Source of the DNA: a virus
IMG/VR virus record: IMGVR_UViG_3300020202_000002
Coordinates: 24,747-88,746 of that record
Strand: one strand, 5' to 3'
DNA length: 64,000 nucleotides
Under the pieces are notes generated by a model. It saw only the letters and a program-made list of their open reading frames with translations. It was not told where the DNA came from and did no database searches. This document shows, piece by piece, positions 31,530 to 41,012 of this stretch. The number at the start of each line of letters is the position of its first letter. The first letter of the stretch is position 1. A program made the position numbers and the translations under genes.

Positions 31530-32010
31530 GGAAGTTCCTCTGATTGGCTGCAAAAGGCATGGAGGATTCTGGCTGAAGTTCGCGCCAGCGGTCAAGATCA
31601 ATGGCAACTGGCAATGCTCGCTGTGCCCGGAAGTCCTCTTTACCAAGGTCGAACCTTATGAGGGCTGCGACTTCATCAATGATGTGCGCGGCTACATCGT
31701 CTGGCGGCGCGGCACTGGCGACAACACCGAGCTGCTGCACATCAAGACGACGGAACACGGCAAAGGTTACGGCCGGCAACTGGTGTACGGGATGCTCGAC
31801 AAGCTGCGCGAGCGTCCCCCTTACCACTCTGTCTACGGCTTCACGCGCGTCAGCAACACGGAGGCCCAGGCGTTCTACGGGGCACTGGGGTTCAGTTTGC
31901 AGGAGATTCAAGGCGTCTACGCCGACGGCCGGGCCGTGCTGTTCTGGGCGGCGTACAAGGACCTGCTGGCGAAGCGAGAGGAATGGGAGAATGAGCAGCG
32001 ACGATCTTGA
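31519..32010 (+). CDS. GNAT-family acetyltransferase
   Basis: HGKGYGRQLV (acetyl-CoA motif A) and N..AQAFYGALGF. Confidence 0.8.
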   Translation: MDGEEVPLIGCKRHGGFWLKFAPAVKINGNWQCSLCPEVLFTKVEPYEGCDFINDVRGYIVWRRGTGDNTELLHIKTTEHGKGYGRQLVYGMLDKLRERPPYHSVYGFTRVSNTEAQAFYGALGFSLQEIQGVYADGRAVLFWAAYKDLLAKREEWENEQRRS

Positions 32011-32164
32011 GCCAGGTGACATCGTTGCCCTTCGCTCTGGCGGTCCGGACATGACCGTCATGGAGATTTACCAGGATGGCACGGTTCGCTGTTTCTGGAT
32101 GAACGATGAAGGCGAAACGGACCACGATGTGTTTGCCGTGGCGTGCTTGGAGAAAAGCGAATGA
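31991..32164 (+). CDS. DUF2158/YodC-like small protein
   Basis: GDIVALRSGGPDMTV...VRCFW. Confidence 0.75.
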   Translation: MSSDDLEPGDIVALRSGGPDMTVMEIYQDGTVRCFWMNDEGETDHDVFAVACLEKSE

Positions 32165-33078
32165 CACCTCTCCGCATCGTCTACATTGGGCGCCATGGGC
32201 AGGTCGGCTCAAGTAACGACGACGAGGGCGCTGTCGCCTACGCCCTTCGGCAGCTGGGGCACGAGGTCGTCTGCGTTCCAGAGCAGCCCGCCCGCAAGGT
32301 GTTCGACGGGCCACCAGCAGACCTATGCCTGTTCAACAAATGGTCCGACTGGGAGGCGATACGGCAGATTCAGTGCCCCAAGGTCTTCTGGTACTGGGAC
32401 CTCGTGGACTACCCGAAAGACCCCTCGCTCGCCCGGCGCTGCGCCCAGCGTCGTTCCTGGATGCAACAGGCCACAGCGATCGCAGACCTTGGCTTCTGCA
32501 CTGATGGCGACTGGGTTGCCAAGGACACGACCGGCAAGCTGCACTGGCTCATGCAGGGCTTCGATGAGCGGCTGCAACCTGCGGAGCGGACCACGGAGGA
32601 CATTGATATCCTGCTGCCGTGCAGCGTCATCAAGTGCGGCGAGGGCAGGGCACGCTTCGTGGCGGCGATGAAGGAACGCTGGGGGCCGAGGGTGCACCAT
32701 GTCGAGGGCGGGGTGCACGGCAAAAGACTGGCCGAACTGGTGGCGCGGAGCAAGGTGGTGGTTTGTCCGGATGAGCCACATGGGGCGCGATACTGGAGCA
32801 ACAGACTGTATTTGATGTCTGGCCTTGGTGGCGTGATTGTGCATCCGTTATGTGTCGGGTTTTGGCCTATGTCGCCCGATGCACTCTTCGCCGTGCAAGG
32901 TGTCTCCTACTACATTCCTGGCAGCAATATTCGCGACGACATCGCGCACCTGCTTGAGTATCACGACGCTCGCATTGAAGGTGGGCAAATCGCCAGAAAA
33001 GACGTGCTGGCTCACCACCTTTACCGCCATCGCTGCGAGCAACTGATTCAGACAGTCCGGGACAGGCTCAAGATTTGA
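32161..33078 (+). CDS. CgeB-like glycosyltransferase
   Basis: ALRQLGHEV, YWSNRLY...G.GG, and the C-terminal VLAHHLYRHRCEQL signature. Confidence 0.7.
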   Translation: MTPLRIVYIGRHGQVGSSNDDEGAVAYALRQLGHEVVCVPEQPARKVFDGPPADLCLFNKWSDWEAIRQIQCPKVFWYWDLVDYPKDPSLARRCAQRRSWMQQATAIADLGFCTDGDWVAKDTTGKLHWLMQGFDERLQPAERTTEDIDILLPCSVIKCGEGRARFVAAMKERWGPRVHHVEGGVHGKRLAELVARSKVVVCPDEPHGARYWSNRLYLMSGLGGVIVHPLCVGFWPMSPDALFAVQGVSYYIPGSNIRDDIAHLLEYHDARIEGGQIARKDVLAHHLYRHRCEQLIQTVRDRLKI

Positions 33079-33089
33079 GGAGGATACGG

Positions 33090-34220
33090 ATGAGGACGAT
33101 TCAGGGAGCGGCGTGCTGCATCGTGGGTGGTGCTGGATTTTTAGGCAGCCATGTTGTCAACCATTTGGTGAACGACAGGTCCTGCAAAGTTCTCGTCATC
33201 GACAACCTGGTGGCCGGTCGGCGTGAATTCGTGCACCCCAAGGCAACGTTCAAGCACGCCGACATCACCGCGAGCGAGGAGTACCTTCGTCAGTTGTTCG
33301 AGCAGCACAAGATCAAGTATGTCCTGAACTACGCCGCTTGGCCGTACGTCGTTGATTCATTCTCGCGGCCGCTGCACGTTTTCAACGTGAATGCGACCGG
33401 AGCGCTCAAGATCATCAACGCAGCGCAGGCGGCCGGGTGCAAGGGCATCCTCCAGATCAGCAGTGCGGAGATCTACGGTGATGCTGGACAAGTTCGCCAC
33501 GCCACTATGCGTGGCAACCCGTTGGACCCTGACTCGTGCGAAATCGTTGGATATAAGTACGAAGGCATCAAGATAGGCGAGACATCTCGCGTTGCGCCCC
33601 ACAGCAGCTACGGCGCAGCCAAAGCCGCCATTGATGCCATGGTCCAAGTTCGCTGGCGAGAAGCGAAGACGCCCTGCATTGCGCTCCGCCAGTTTAACGC
33701 AGTGGGGGAGCGCGAGACGCACGAGTACGTGGTGCCAGAGATAATCCGGCAACTCGATAAGCAGCGTCGACTCATAAGGTACACAAGTGCGCGCGCTGGC
33801 AAAAACAGATTCGCAACGCCAGAGAACGCCACCGTCAACCTTGGCAATGACAGTCTTCGTGACTTCATTTACGCCGGCGACCAGGCCCGCATGGCGGTCG
33901 AACTGCTCGAAAAGGGCCAGTTCGGCGAGGTCTACAACCTGGGAAGCGAAACCGGCATCAAGATCTACGACCTCGCGAAACTTATCGGCAAACTGATGGG
34001 CTTCGAGAACGTGACGGTTGAGAAGGATCCCTCCCGCGTGCGACCCTGGGAAATCTGGCATCTCCAGAGCGACAACAGCAAGATTCACAGCGTCATCGAC
34101 GCGCGGCCGCAGGTGGACCTTGAGGAAGCGCTGCGCCGGACGATCGCGTGGTATGAGAGCAACGGCCGACGATGGCCATGGGAAGCAAGGAGCGCGGATG
34201 GAATCCTATCAGCGTCTTGA
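33090..34220 (+). CDS. NAD-dependent nucleotide-sugar epimerase/dehydratase
   Basis: GGAGFLGSH, SSAEIYG, YGAAK, RDFIY, GEVYNLGS, LEEALRRTIAWY. Confidence 0.9.
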   Translation: MRTIQGAACCIVGGAGFLGSHVVNHLVNDRSCKVLVIDNLVAGRREFVHPKATFKHADITASEEYLRQLFEQHKIKYVLNYAAWPYVVDSFSRPLHVFNVNATGALKIINAAQAAGCKGILQISSAEIYGDAGQVRHATMRGNPLDPDSCEIVGYKYEGIKIGETSRVAPHSSYGAAKAAIDAMVQVRWREAKTPCIALRQFNAVGERETHEYVVPEIIRQLDKQRRLIRYTSARAGKNRFATPENATVNLGNDSLRDFIYAGDQARMAVELLEKGQFGEVYNLGSETGIKIYDLAKLIGKLMGFENVTVEKDPSRVRPWEIWHLQSDNSKIHSVIDARPQVDLEEALRRTIAWYESNGRRWPWEARSADGILSAS

Positions 34221-35247
34221 GCGCGCTTTCGCCGAGTGGAACAACCTCGATCCAGTCGGCATGGTCGCCTGCAGCTCGGGTTCGAGCGCGCTCCACCTCG
34301 CCCTCGAATCACTCCGCCTGCCCAACGGCTGCGAAGTCCTGACGAGCGACTTCAATATGATCGCCGTGCCGCGCGCCTGCACTCTGGCCGGTCTGACTCC
34401 GGTGCTCGTTGATTGCACTGACGATTTGCTGATAAGCACGGAATTGATGGTACAAGCCCTCACCGAGGGAGGGTCCAACTGGGATCGCGACATCCGCAGC
34501 ACTGGATTCGGGCTCCCTCGCAAGCAGGCCATTGGGGCAATCGTGCTTGTCCATATTTATGGTCGACGGTACGAATGGCAGCGACTCACGTCCGAGTTGC
34601 CGTTTTACGGGCCACGCATCATCGAAGACCTCGCCGAAGCCCACGGCGTGCGCCCGCACCCGGAAACCGACGCGGCCTGTTGGTCGTTCTTCAAAAACAA
34701 GATCATCGCCGGACATGAAGGCGGGGCCGTCTGGTTCAAGAACCACGAGCACGCCGCGCTCGCCCGCCAGCTCCGCTGCCTGGGTTTCACGGACAAGCAC
34801 GATTTCATGCATGTTCCAAGAGGGCACAACTACCGCATGTCGAACGCCCACGCCGAACTGATCCTGGATTCGCTGGCCAAGGTCGACGAAAACGTGGCCC
34901 GACGGCGCGAAGCCGAAAGCTGGTACGACGCGGAGTGCCCGGACCAGTGGAAGATGCCCGCCCGTACGTCGCCTTGGGTGTACGACCTCAGAATCCCCGG
35001 CATGACAGCCGAGCAGCAGGACCACGCCGTTCGGCTCTTGCAAGAGCACGGCATCCAGGCGAGGCACGCCTTTCGGCCCATGTCTTGGCAGGAAGAGTAC
35101 CGCAACGGCCGATTGGTGCGCGGCCCAGAGCACGTTGCCGCACGCATGGGGCGCGAGGTGATCTACCTGCCGCTGATGGGGGTTATCGAGGAAGACGCGA
35201 AATTGGCTTTCCAGATATTGCGTGGGTTGCTCGGTTCACTAGAATAA
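34198..35247 (+). CDS. DegT/DnrJ/EryC1/StrS sugar aminotransferase (perosamine synthase-like)
   Basis: SSGSSALHLAL, VHIYG, IIEDLAEAHG, SFFKNKII..EGG (PLP lysine), GHNYRMSN. Confidence 0.9.
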   Translation: MESYQRLERAFAEWNNLDPVGMVACSSGSSALHLALESLRLPNGCEVLTSDFNMIAVPRACTLAGLTPVLVDCTDDLLISTELMVQALTEGGSNWDRDIRSTGFGLPRKQAIGAIVLVHIYGRRYEWQRLTSELPFYGPRIIEDLAEAHGVRPHPETDAACWSFFKNKIIAGHEGGAVWFKNHEHAALARQLRCLGFTDKHDFMHVPRGHNYRMSNAHAELILDSLAKVDENVARRREAESWYDAECPDQWKMPARTSPWVYDLRIPGMTAEQQDHAVRLLQEHGIQARHAFRPMSWQEEYRNGRLVRGPEHVAARMGREVIYLPLMGVIEEDAKLAFQILRGLLGSLE

Positions 35248-35745
35248 CGGTGAAGAAGCCGTGCCATCTGGGCCGTAAGCTCTACGTGCAGGATGGCTGG
35301 TTTCGGCAAGACACTCCGAATTGGGCCAGCCGCAGTTAGCACGAGCCCTGCCGCTGACCAGCACCTTGTCTTCCCATTTCTTCGTGGGCCTCTGCCCGAC
35401 GGTGGAGGTTCCATTCGCGCAGCTAGTTACGAGCCAAAAGGCAAACGCTTTACAGCCGTGGTTCTTTTCATGCGTTTCCTGCCCGGCTCGCTACGTCAGC
35501 GCCCAAACGCGCGCTGAGGGTTCACGAGGGAAACGGCCTCGCCAGCCGTCGATTTGCCGGAAGCGAACGCATTTGAATCTCGGGCAACGTCCCACCGTGA
35601 CGACCCGGCCTCACGAATGCTTCCGGACCGGCCATGCTCGCCATGGTTTGAACTGCGCGGAGAACTGCGAAAGCGAGTGCCCTTTTCGGCTTAGCCCATT
35701 CTTTTGGCTGAGGTGAGGGTAGACGGGGGCGGTGCGCCTTAGGCG

Positions 35746-36039
35746 TCATGGTACGATCTCGACGCCAAGACGTGCCAGATCGGCCTCGTCAGCTTCGCCG
35801 TGCCAGTCAATTTCCCAGCCGTCTAGACCGGACGGCTTGAATCCCCAGCCAAGAACGTGACAGATGCGCTCGACATTGGGCCTCGTACCGCACCCGTAGC
35901 CGATGTCCTGGCCGGTCAGAGCGAAGAACAACCCACGGATCCGGCCTTCACGGTGTGCGATCTGTGCCTCAGTCGGTCCGACCTTGGTCAGAAGGAGTGA
36001 GGCGAGATGGGTTTTCAGAATGCTCGCTGGGGGTGTCAT
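35746..36039 (-). CDS. Hypothetical protein
   Basis: Third gene of a leftward ATGA-coupled operon. Confidence 0.55.
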   Translation of the reverse strand: MTPPASILKTHLASLLLTKVGPTEAQIAHREGRIRGLFFALTGQDIGYGCGTRPNVERICHVLGWGFKPSGLDGWEIDWHGEADEADLARLGVEIVP

Positions 36040-36311
36040 CGGCTGTCCTCGTTGTTGACGACGTGCTCGACCAATTCCAGGACTTCCCCGTCAGCCGTGA
36101 TGGTCTTGTCGAATCCGATCGACAAATCGTAGGTGCCACTCGGCTCGAAAACACACGCTGATCGGTTTACGTTGAGGCCGCACCATACGTGCCCTGGGGA
36201 AACGCATTTTTGGTTGACGGCAGTAACGATGCCAAGCTCGCCACTGGCGCGGTGGCGAACCTTGTCGCCGGTCGTAAACGTGGCGCTCGTGGTGCGTTCG
36301 GGTTCGGTCAT
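36036..36311 (-). CDS. Hypothetical protein (SH3-like F..GDKVRH..SGE.G.V)
   Basis: ATGA-coupled with a GAGG RBS. Confidence 0.55.
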   Translation of the reverse strand: MTEPERTTSATFTTGDKVRHRASGELGIVTAVNQKCVSPGHVWCGLNVNRSACVFEPSGTYDLSIGFDKTITADGEVLELVEHVVNNEDSR

Positions 36312-36499
36312 GTCTTTTTCCTCTTCGGATCGTCTTGCTCGGCCGCTTTCTCAAGCATGAGCCTGGCGTATTCCGACACGCTTGACGCGCCAGCTGCGAG
36401 CGAGGCCCGCGTAAGGCTATCAAGCCATTCCAGCGACGGAATGCGGATCTCAAGTCTCAGATACTTCTTCTTCTTGCCCGGCTTTCGCGATGCTGGCAT
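36308..36499 (-). CDS. Ribbon-helix-helix DNA-binding protein
   Basis: LRLEIRIP strand followed by two helices (SVSEYARLMLEKA); GGAGG RBS; divergent from the promoter at 36579. Confidence 0.6.
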   Translation of the reverse strand: MPASRKPGKKKKYLRLEIRIPSLEWLDSLTRASLAAGASSVSEYARLMLEKAAEQDDPKRKKT

Positions 36500-36578
36500 A
36501 GTTCCTCCACACGAATTGTAGCCGCAAGTGCTTGTACGGACAAGAGAAAATATTTCTGGGAAAACCACCGCTTTTCTA

Positions 36579-36607
36579 TTGACTTTGTACGTACACCATG
36601 CGATACT
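36579..36607 (+). promoter_or_regulatory. Sigma70-type promoter with palindromic operator
   Basis: TTGACT-17 nt-GATACT with extended TG; TGTACGTACA in the spacer (36586-36595) and a second copy TGTACGGACA at 36533-36542. Confidence 0.7.
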
Positions 36608-36841
36608 AGAAGCATGAAGAACAACGAACACAACAACGGAGCGACGAACATGACCAGCACGACGATTCGCGAGCAGATCGAAAACGGGACGTTCATCGCG
36701 GTCGACCTGATCTACCGCGTGGTCTGTGCGGTGGTCGTGATCAGCTTCGTGTGCTGGATTCTTGGCTAACGAGAAAATGTTGGGCTCGGCGCGACTGGTA
36801 CTCGCCCGAGCCCTGGTCCCAACTGGTAAGGAGTCAGGACA

Positions 36842-37297
36842 ATGACCATGTTATCGACGATCCCGGTGGACGTGAAGGACCTGGTGGCCGTGGCGATGAC
36901 GAAGAAGCTCGACACCGAACCGCTGCCCGCGGGAGAATACACGATTCAGGGCGTGGCTCTGGTGAAAGTGGACGTTACGATCAAGAAGGCCCCAGCGACC
37001 ACCTACCGGCCGACGTGTCACCTGCCGCTGAAGGCCGTTCTGGCGGTTGCTCTCCGCAAGGCCGGCGTCCAGGCGGGGAACATCGCTGCGGTGATCGCGG
37101 AGGCAGCACAGGAAGCCCTGGCGCTCGGCGAGAAGGTTGGCGAGGAGCTGGAGGCGACCGAAGCGGCCATCAAGCAGGTCGAGGCGATGCTGGACAAGTT
37201 GCCGCCGCAGAAGCGGGAAGGGGCTACGCGGGTCGAGGGCAGCGTGCAGGTGGTCGGGATGGTCGATGCGGACAGCGATGTGCGGCAGGTGGCGTGA
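36842..37297 (+). CDS. Hypothetical protein
   Basis: 151 aa, AGGA RBS, GC3-rich codon usage. Confidence 0.65.
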   Translation: MTMLSTIPVDVKDLVAVAMTKKLDTEPLPAGEYTIQGVALVKVDVTIKKAPATTYRPTCHLPLKAVLAVALRKAGVQAGNIAAVIAEAAQEALALGEKVGEELEATEAAIKQVEAMLDKLPPQKREGATRVEGSVQVVGMVDADSDVRQVA

Positions 37298-38578
37298 TGA
37301 GCCGTCGCAGAATGACGCTTGACGCGGAATAGCTAGTGCGTGGCCGGCGCGTTACAAAATCTCTTTGGAGGGTAGGACAATGGCAAAGCGGAGAACATGG
37401 CGGGTGAGCGGAACAAGGCGAGGCGAGCGCGTTACTGTTGACGTTGAGGCGACGGACTGCAATGAAGCCACCAAACTCGGCAGCCACGCTCCGCATATGC
37501 TGGTCATCGACGAGGTTGTACTGCTGACCAGCGGGCACACCGAAACATTCTTCGGCCTCACGATACCTGCAGAGCAAGCTGACGTTTAGGCGAAACGCTT
37601 TTATGGCCAGCGCGTTACACTGGCCGAACCCGACCCGCCTCGGGTGTTGTAGGCGGGAGGACGCTTTTTCGGAGATAGGACCATGGCTCAAGACATCATC
37701 ATCAAAGCTCGTGCGAAGGCTTTCAGCGGCGAGAACATCCGCCAGCACAAATTTGCCGTGGCCAGCGACGGGACCGTCCGCGTGTGGGATTCGATCGCGG
37801 GCCATTACACGACCTGCCACTCGATGACGCCTGCCACGCAACGGCGCATCCGCAAATTGGCATCGGCCAAGTGATACTTGCCGACTGATCTCCGAAGTTC
37901 CGCGCCACCGGCCCCGTCCAGGAGCGGGCCAGCGCAAGCAGCTCGGCGGGGGCGTCCTTTGGAGGGCCAGCACAATGGCACAGCAATTTCAGGCTGGCGA
38001 CGTGGTGAAGTGCCTGGACGACAACAACCATGCGTGGTTTCTCAAGGTTGGCAAGCTATTCACCGTCGAATCGACGCAACTCGACTCGCACGGCAATCTG
38101 CGGCTCAATCTCGTGGGCATGGCGCGAGCGTGGGAAGCTGAGAGATTCGTGCTTGTGCGCGAGGCGTGATACGGGCCAGCGTATGGCCTGGGGGTTTCTC
38201 TAGCGAGCGAGGGGGAGGACAGTGAACCATGGACACGTTTATCGACCCAGACAAGGTCCCGAAGATGCCTACGATGGACGAGTTGCTTGAGACGGCTCGC
38301 AAAGGCCGCGAACTGGCCGATCATCACCGGATGGAGATGGCTCGCGCGTTGCTGATGGGCGGCATCCAGTTGATCCCGAGCGACTTGCTCAATGACAACC
38401 AATTTATGGTGTCGACAGCCATCTACGAAGCGGCGAAGAAACTGCCGTCCGCGCATGTGGCACACAAAACTGCATAGCTCTTCGTTGCGCCCGGTCTGCG
38501 CCGTACCGGGAAGTAAGCACACGGCCCGCGCGCCGCTCCGAAAAGTGTGGCGCATCACCATCGGCAGTCACTCCTGAA

Positions 38579-38805
38579 CATTTCCCCCGCATTTCTCCCG
38601 ACATTTCAAATTCGACGTAAGTCATTACCCCCGACAGGACTCGAACCTGTGACCGACGGTTTAGAAAACCGATTCGGCACGCGACAAACGTTCAGAGCGC
38701 ACAAGTGAGCACTTCATTTTACCCATGTTTTTTGGGGTGAATGCGCTTGCCAAGCATCCGCTCGCGCGGCATTATCAACCAAAACATTTCCCCGCGCATT
38801 TCCCC
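38579..38805 (+). repeat. Candidate integrase arm-type sites (CATTTCYCC direct repeats flanking the att core)
   Basis: CATTTCCCC at 38579, CATTTCTCC at 38590, CATTTCCCC at 38785 and 38797. Confidence 0.65.
38626..38673 (-). other. attP core: 3' half of tRNA-Arg(UCU)
   Basis: Minus strand reads ATCGGTTTTCTAAACCGTCGGTCACAGGTTCGAGTCCTGTCGGGGGTA (anticodon arm with TCT, T arm, 3' acceptor strand); no 5' half; about 140 bp from the integrase start. Confidence 0.85.
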
Positions 38806-38816
38806 GGTGAAGCAGG

Positions 38817-40007
38817 ATGTCGAACCGACTCGCGTTCACGCAATCGAATATCGCAGCAATCAAACCGCCCGAAACTGGGCGCGCGTTCGCCTACGACGCG
38901 AAGACGCCTGGACTGGCGCTCGTCACGACCAGTGGTGGCGTCAAGAGCTTCTACTTCATCCGGTGGGTTCAGGGGCGATCGCTCAAGCTCTTTCTCGGCC
39001 ACTTCCCAGCCATGACGATCTCGGCCGCACGCAAAACCGCCACATCCATGCTCGACCAGGCGAACCGCGGGCAGGTTCCGAAGAAGATCGGGGCCGGCCA
39101 GCTGACGCTCGGCCAGCTGTGGGCCACGTTCGAGAAACACTGGATGCCCTACCTCCGCGAACGCACGCGCAAGACCGACACCGACCGCTACAACGCCTGC
39201 CTGAAGTCCTTGGAAAGAAAGAGGCTGAGCGCTATCACTCGTGAGCATGTGGTCACGTTGCATTTGAAGCTCGGGGAGGCCCGCGGCCATGTCATGGCGA
39301 ACCGGGCCATCCAGCTGCTGCGCCGGCTGTTCAATTACGCCATCGTGGACCTGAAACAACGGACGCTCGACAACCCGGCCCGAGGCATCCGACTTTTCTC
39401 GGAGGAGAAACGCGAGCGATTCCTTTTGGCCAAGGAGATGCCAGCCTGGTTCGCCGCGCTGGAGGCCGAGCCCGAGCATATGCGCGATTTCTTCCTGCTC
39501 TGCCTGTACACCGGGGCCAGAAAAACGAACGTCCAGCAGATGCGATGGTCTCACCTCGATCTGGGCGAGCGAATCTGGACGATCCCCAAGGAGGAGTTCA
39601 AGACGGGCAAGGCGAAGGTTGTCGTCCTGTCCGCGCCGGCCGTGGAAATCCTGCTGCGCCGGCAAGCGTCAGCTGCAAGTGACTTCGTTTTTCCGAGCCG
39701 CAGCGCCAGCGGACACCTAGTGGAGCCGAAGAAATCCTGGGCGGCGGTGTGTAAGAGAGCAGGTATAGGCAATCTACGCATTCACGACCTTCGGCGCTCT
39801 CTGGGAAGTTGGCAGGCGAGTCTTGGCGCTTCACTGCCAATCATCGGCAAGAGCTTGGGGCATGATTCCCCGGCATCGACCGCCATCTACGCTCGCCTTG
39901 AGCTTGATCCCGTCAGGGCTTCCGTAGAGGCCGCGACAGCGGCGATGCTGGCGCACCGGACGCCGAAGCAAATCGAGGACAAAACGGATCGGGAAAGACC
40001 AGCATGA
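38817..40007 (+). CDS. int: Tyrosine integrase (P4-like, N-terminal arm-binding domain)
   Basis: YD...PGL.L....G.KSF arm domain, YTGARK, HDLRRS, LGH...T.IY catalytic motifs. Confidence 0.95.
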   Translation: MSNRLAFTQSNIAAIKPPETGRAFAYDAKTPGLALVTTSGGVKSFYFIRWVQGRSLKLFLGHFPAMTISAARKTATSMLDQANRGQVPKKIGAGQLTLGQLWATFEKHWMPYLRERTRKTDTDRYNACLKSLERKRLSAITREHVVTLHLKLGEARGHVMANRAIQLLRRLFNYAIVDLKQRTLDNPARGIRLFSEEKRERFLLAKEMPAWFAALEAEPEHMRDFFLLCLYTGARKTNVQQMRWSHLDLGERIWTIPKEEFKTGKAKVVVLSAPAVEILLRRQASAASDFVFPSRSASGHLVEPKKSWAAVCKRAGIGNLRIHDLRRSLGSWQASLGASLPIIGKSLGHDSPASTAIYARLELDPVRASVEAATAAMLAHRTPKQIEDKTDRERPA

Positions 40008-40398
40008 ATTCTCATGTCTGACGAGAACAAGAATTTTCACGAAATCAAGCCCAATTCCTATATCTTTTAGATTAAGATTCGGTTATGATCAGCCCTACCC
40101 GGATGCACGGCCGCGTCGGGATCGCTCCCTCACTTTTCCGTCAACCTTGACGCTGCCAACCTAGAAAACCTCTAGCCCGTTCGGTACATTTGTACAGGTA
40201 TTCGCGCGGCCCCAGCTGCGCTCCCGCCATGTCGGTTTGTTGAGGATGCCAGTCCGCTAGAAAGAAGTGATGTCCTGATTCGCGACGAAAAAACGATTGC
40301 AAAAGTGAGCACATTTCGCGGCGCAATGATTGCGCGCAGCCATGGCTTCCGGGACGCTCAGAGAGGGGCTGCCGGCAAGCAAGGAACGGCACGGCACC

Positions 40399-40836
40399 AT
40401 GGAACCGCTTCTCGACAAACTGTTCGATAATTTACGAGAGGTCCTTGCCCTGAACCACCCTGGATTTCAAGGTGAAGAAATCATTGTTCTCGGACGAGGT
40501 GTGCGCCGACGTGTGCGATGGTCCATACCGGACTGTATGCCGAAGCCCCAGCGAGCCTCGTCGCCGGAGTGCACGCACTCTCCCGATTTTCGGACGGTAA
40601 AGTTCCGCGGCAAACAATACATCTTCACTCAGACTCAGGCCGCTGTCGTCGCCAAGCTGTTCGAAGCGTGGGAAGACGGATTGCCAGGCGTCAGCCAGGT
40701 CGAACTCCTGCAGGCGGCTGGATCCGAAAGCAAGCGACTGCGCGACGTGTTCCGGGACAGTGAAGGCGAGATGCATCCAGCCGTTGATGTGATGATCGTG
40801 AGCGCCGGCAAGGGCATCTATACGATCGCCGATTGA
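40399..40836 (+). CDS. Hypothetical protein with winged-helix-like C-terminus
   Basis: FTQTQAAVVAKLFEAW...ELLQAAGS...RLRDVFR...GKGIY. Confidence 0.5.
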   Translation: MEPLLDKLFDNLREVLALNHPGFQGEEIIVLGRGVRRRVRWSIPDCMPKPQRASSPECTHSPDFRTVKFRGKQYIFTQTQAAVVAKLFEAWEDGLPGVSQVELLQAAGSESKRLRDVFRDSEGEMHPAVDVMIVSAGKGIYTIAD

Positions 40837-41012
40837 GAAGTTATTCTGAGTTGCGCACGAAATTCGACGCAATTTCGTGAAAACCCCCACTTCTACCCCC
40901 ACGTTTACCCCAGCTCGGTTAGGTACCCTTCACCTTCCTCGCTTAGCGAGGTGTTTCCAAGGTGACAGGAGCCAAGGACGGCTCCTCTTCTTTCCGGGTA
41001 CTGACGATGGGA

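Noticed and set aside
38626-38700. Complete tRNA-Arg gene
   Set aside because: No D arm or 5' acceptor strand complementary to the 3' end; it is an att core fragment.
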